Source: Gracilinanus agilis
Taxonomy: Eukaryota
Reading direction: 5' to 3'
NCBI RefSeq assembly: GCF_016433145.1
Contig: NC_058130.1
Location: forward strand, 132,915,214 to 132,979,213
Length of the DNA stretch: 64,000 bases
The notes under the pieces were generated by a model, which had not been told where the DNA came from, did not search any database, and was given only the letters and a program-made list of their open reading frames with translations. Shown here piece by piece: positions 61,335 through 64,000 of the stretch. A program made the translations under genes and the position numbers. How positions within the stretch are numbered: position 1 is the stretch's first letter; each line of letters opens with the position of its first letter.

Positions 61335-61466
61335 TTTGATTCATTTTTTAAAAAACCCTTACCTTCCATCTTAGAATAAGTATTGTGAATTGGTTCCAGG
61401 GAAGAAGAGCATTAAGGGCTAGAAAGTAGGGGTTAAGTGACTTGCCCAGGGTCATACAACTGGACA

Positions 61467-61599
61467 AATAAATCTAACGAATACAATGAGTAGTAGGATA
61501 CAATCCAATGAAACTTCAAAAGAGTTGCCTTAGAAACAGACTGACAGATGAGCATTTCCTTTCCTTTGGTCCCCTCTTTAAAAAGTTTGCCCATCACTG
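61467..61599. mobile_element. One-ended non-autonomous hAT fragment
   Basis: Terminal AAGTTTGCCCATCACTG followed by GTCTAGAC (hAT target consensus) at 61600-61607. Confidence 0.7.
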
Positions 61600-61681
61600 G
61601 TCTAGACAGTTGGGGTTAAATGACTTGCCCAGAGTCACACGACATTTTCTAATATAACACTTTAAAACCTATTTATTTTGA

Positions 61682-61992
61682 GGGGCAGCTGGGTAGCTCA
61701 GTGGATTGGGAGCCAGGCCTAGAGACGGGAGGTCCTAGGTTCGAATCCGGCCTCAGCCACTTCCCAGCTGTGTGACCCTGGGCAAGTCACTTGACCCCCA
61801 TTGCCTACCCTTACCACTCTTCCACCTAGGAGCCAATACACAGAAGTTAAGGGTTCGAATCCGGCCTCAGCCACTTCCCAGCTGACCCTGGGCAAGTCAC
61901 TTGACCCCCATTGTCTGCCCTTACCACTCTTCCACCTAGGAGCCAATACACAGAAGTTAAGGGTTTAAAATTAAAACAAACAAACAAACAAA
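61682..61992 (+). mobile_element. SINE1_Mdo with tandem duplication of its 3' two-thirds
   Basis: 18-bp TSD AAAACCTATTTATTTTGA at 61664-61681 and 61993-62010. Confidence 0.92.
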
Positions 61993-62329
61993 AAAACCTA
62001 TTTATTTTGACTTGAAATATTAGTCATGATTTTAAATTTCTACTTTTTAAAACCCATGTTGCAATCATATGATATCACTAATATTAAGTCAATGTCAATA
62101 TTACTCAGTAACAACTATATTTCTTCCTATATTTTAAGTGCTTATTATTATACAGGCTGTAGAAACATTTTATTGATACTCTCTAGTTGACTGACACCAC
62201 TTTCATCATTTCACTCAAAAACTATCAATGAATCCCTGCTGTCTAAAGTCCAAATACCTTAGTCCGAGGTGCCCCATAATTTGGTTCCAATCTGTCTTTC
62301 CAAGCTTGTCTCCCACTACTCCTTTTTAC

Positions 62330-64000
62330 AAATTATTATTAAGAATATTTTTCCATGGTTACATGATTCATGATCTGTCCCCCCCCCCCTGCTTTCTCGT
62401 CCCCCCTCCCAAAGCCGACAAACAGTTTCACTGGGTTATACATGTATCATTGTTCAAAACCTATTTCCATGTTATTCATATTTGCAGTAGAATGATTGTT
62501 TAACATCAACACCCTAATCACATTCCTATCACACTACATGGTCCATCATATATTTTTTTAACACATTTCTGGTTCCACAGTACTTTCTCAGGATGTGGAT
62601 AGCATTCTTTCTCCCAAATTTCTCTGGATTGTCCCCAGCCATTGTATTGCTGCTAGTAAAGAAGTTTGTTATGTTCAATTTTTACCACAGTGTATTGGTC
62701 TCTGTGTACAATGTTCTCCTGGTTCTGCTCCTTTCATTCTGCATCAATTCCTAGAGTTCATTCCAGTTCGCATGGAATCCCTCCAGTTCATTATTCCATT
62801 GAGCACAATAGTATTCCATCACCAACAGATACCACAATTTGTTCAGCCATTCCCCAATCAATGGACACCCCCTCATTTTCCAATTTTTTGCCACCACAAA
62901 GAGTGCGGCTATAAATATTTTTGTACAAGCCTTTTTCCTTATTATCTCTTTGGGCACAAACCCAGCAATGGTGTGGCTGGATCAAAGGGCAGGCATTCTT
63001 TTAAAGCCCTTCATGCATTGTTCCAAATTGCCCTCCACCAGTAGTGTATTGGTGCCCAAATTTTGCCACCAACATTTGTCACTTTCCTTTGCTGTCATAT
63101 TGGCCAATCTGCTAGGGATGAGGTGGTACCTCAGAGTTGCTTTAATTTGCATTTCTCTAATCAGGAGGGATTTAGAACACTTTTTCATGTGCTTATTGAT
63201 AGTTTTGATTTCATCCTGTGAAAACTGCCAATTCATATCACTTGACCACTTGTTGATTGGGGAATGGCTTGATTTTTTTGTAGATTTGACATAGTTTCTT
63301 ATATATTTGAGAAATTAAACCTTTGTCAGAGAGTTTTGTTATAAAAATATTCTCCCAGTTTGTTGCTTTCCTTCTAATTTTGGTTGCATTGGTTTTGTTT
63401 GTACAAAAACTTTTAAATTTGATATAATAAAAGTCATTCATTTTACATTTTGCAACTATCTCTTGCTTGTTCTCTACCACTTGCTTGGTTCTAAATTTCT
63501 TCCTTTCCCACAGATATGACAGGTATACTAATCTATGTTCATCTAATTTATTTATGATTTCACTCTTTATATTTAAGTCATTTACCCATTTTGAATTTAT
63601 CTTGGTATAGGGTGTAAGAAAGATGTTGATCTAAATCTAATTTCCCCCATACTGTTTTCCAATTTTCCCAGCAGTTTTTGTCAAATAGTGGGTTTTTGTC
63701 CCAAAAGCTGGGATCTTTAGGTTTATCAAACACTAGACTGCTGAGGTCATTTACCCTTAGTCTATTCCACTGATTCCCCCTCCTTCTATCTTTTAGCCAG
63801 TACCATATTGTTTTGATTACTGCTTTATAGTACAATTTAAGATCTGGTACAGCTAGGCCCCCATCCTTCACTTTTTTTCCCCTTATTTCTCTCGATATTC
63901 TTGATCTTTTGTTCTTCCAGATGAACTTTGTTATAATTTTTTCTAATTCTATAAAAATGTTTTTGGTAGTTTAATAGGTATGGCACTGAATAAGTAGATT
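62330..64000 (-). mobile_element. L1 ORF2 C-terminal part and 3'UTR, frameshifted; continues beyond the window
   Basis: Minus-strand ORFs GGLAVPDLKLYYKAVIKTIWYW, HMKKCSKSLLIREMQIKATLRYHL and CTKIFIAALFVVAKNWK...CPLIGEWLNKLW are canonical L1 ORF2 motifs. Confidence 0.95.

Noticed and set aside
62595-63294. Plus-strand 149-aa and 151-aa ORFs
   Set aside because: Antisense to L1 ORF2.

Overview
Mammalian genomic DNA, very probably an opossum (Monodelphis-like marsupial), judged from dozens of SINE1_Mdo-type tRNA-derived SINEs and opossum-type L1/LTR elements. The window holds six intact multi-exon protein-coding genes in the ancestral, single-copy order of the region orthologous to human 16p11.2: NUPR1(-), SGF29/CCDC101(+), SULT1A1-like(-), SLX1(-), BOLA2(+), CORO1A(-). 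I assembled every coding exon by hand from splice sites. The frames close exactly, giving 82, 293, 295, 270, 86 and 461 aa. The remainder is SINEs, L1/L2/CR1 relics, LTRs, hAT MITEs, microsatellites and two N gaps (192-319, 6749-6901). I see no prokaryote-style novel system. The best leads are a TSD-bounded chimeric SINE/RTE-like retroposon, a GC-AG intron in SULT1A1, TSD-flanked hAT MITEs, a duplicated 68-bp intronic element in CORO1A and a splice-dependent uORF switch in SGF29. Repeat family names are from recall, not from a database search, and repeat boundaries are approximate unless a TSD is quoted.
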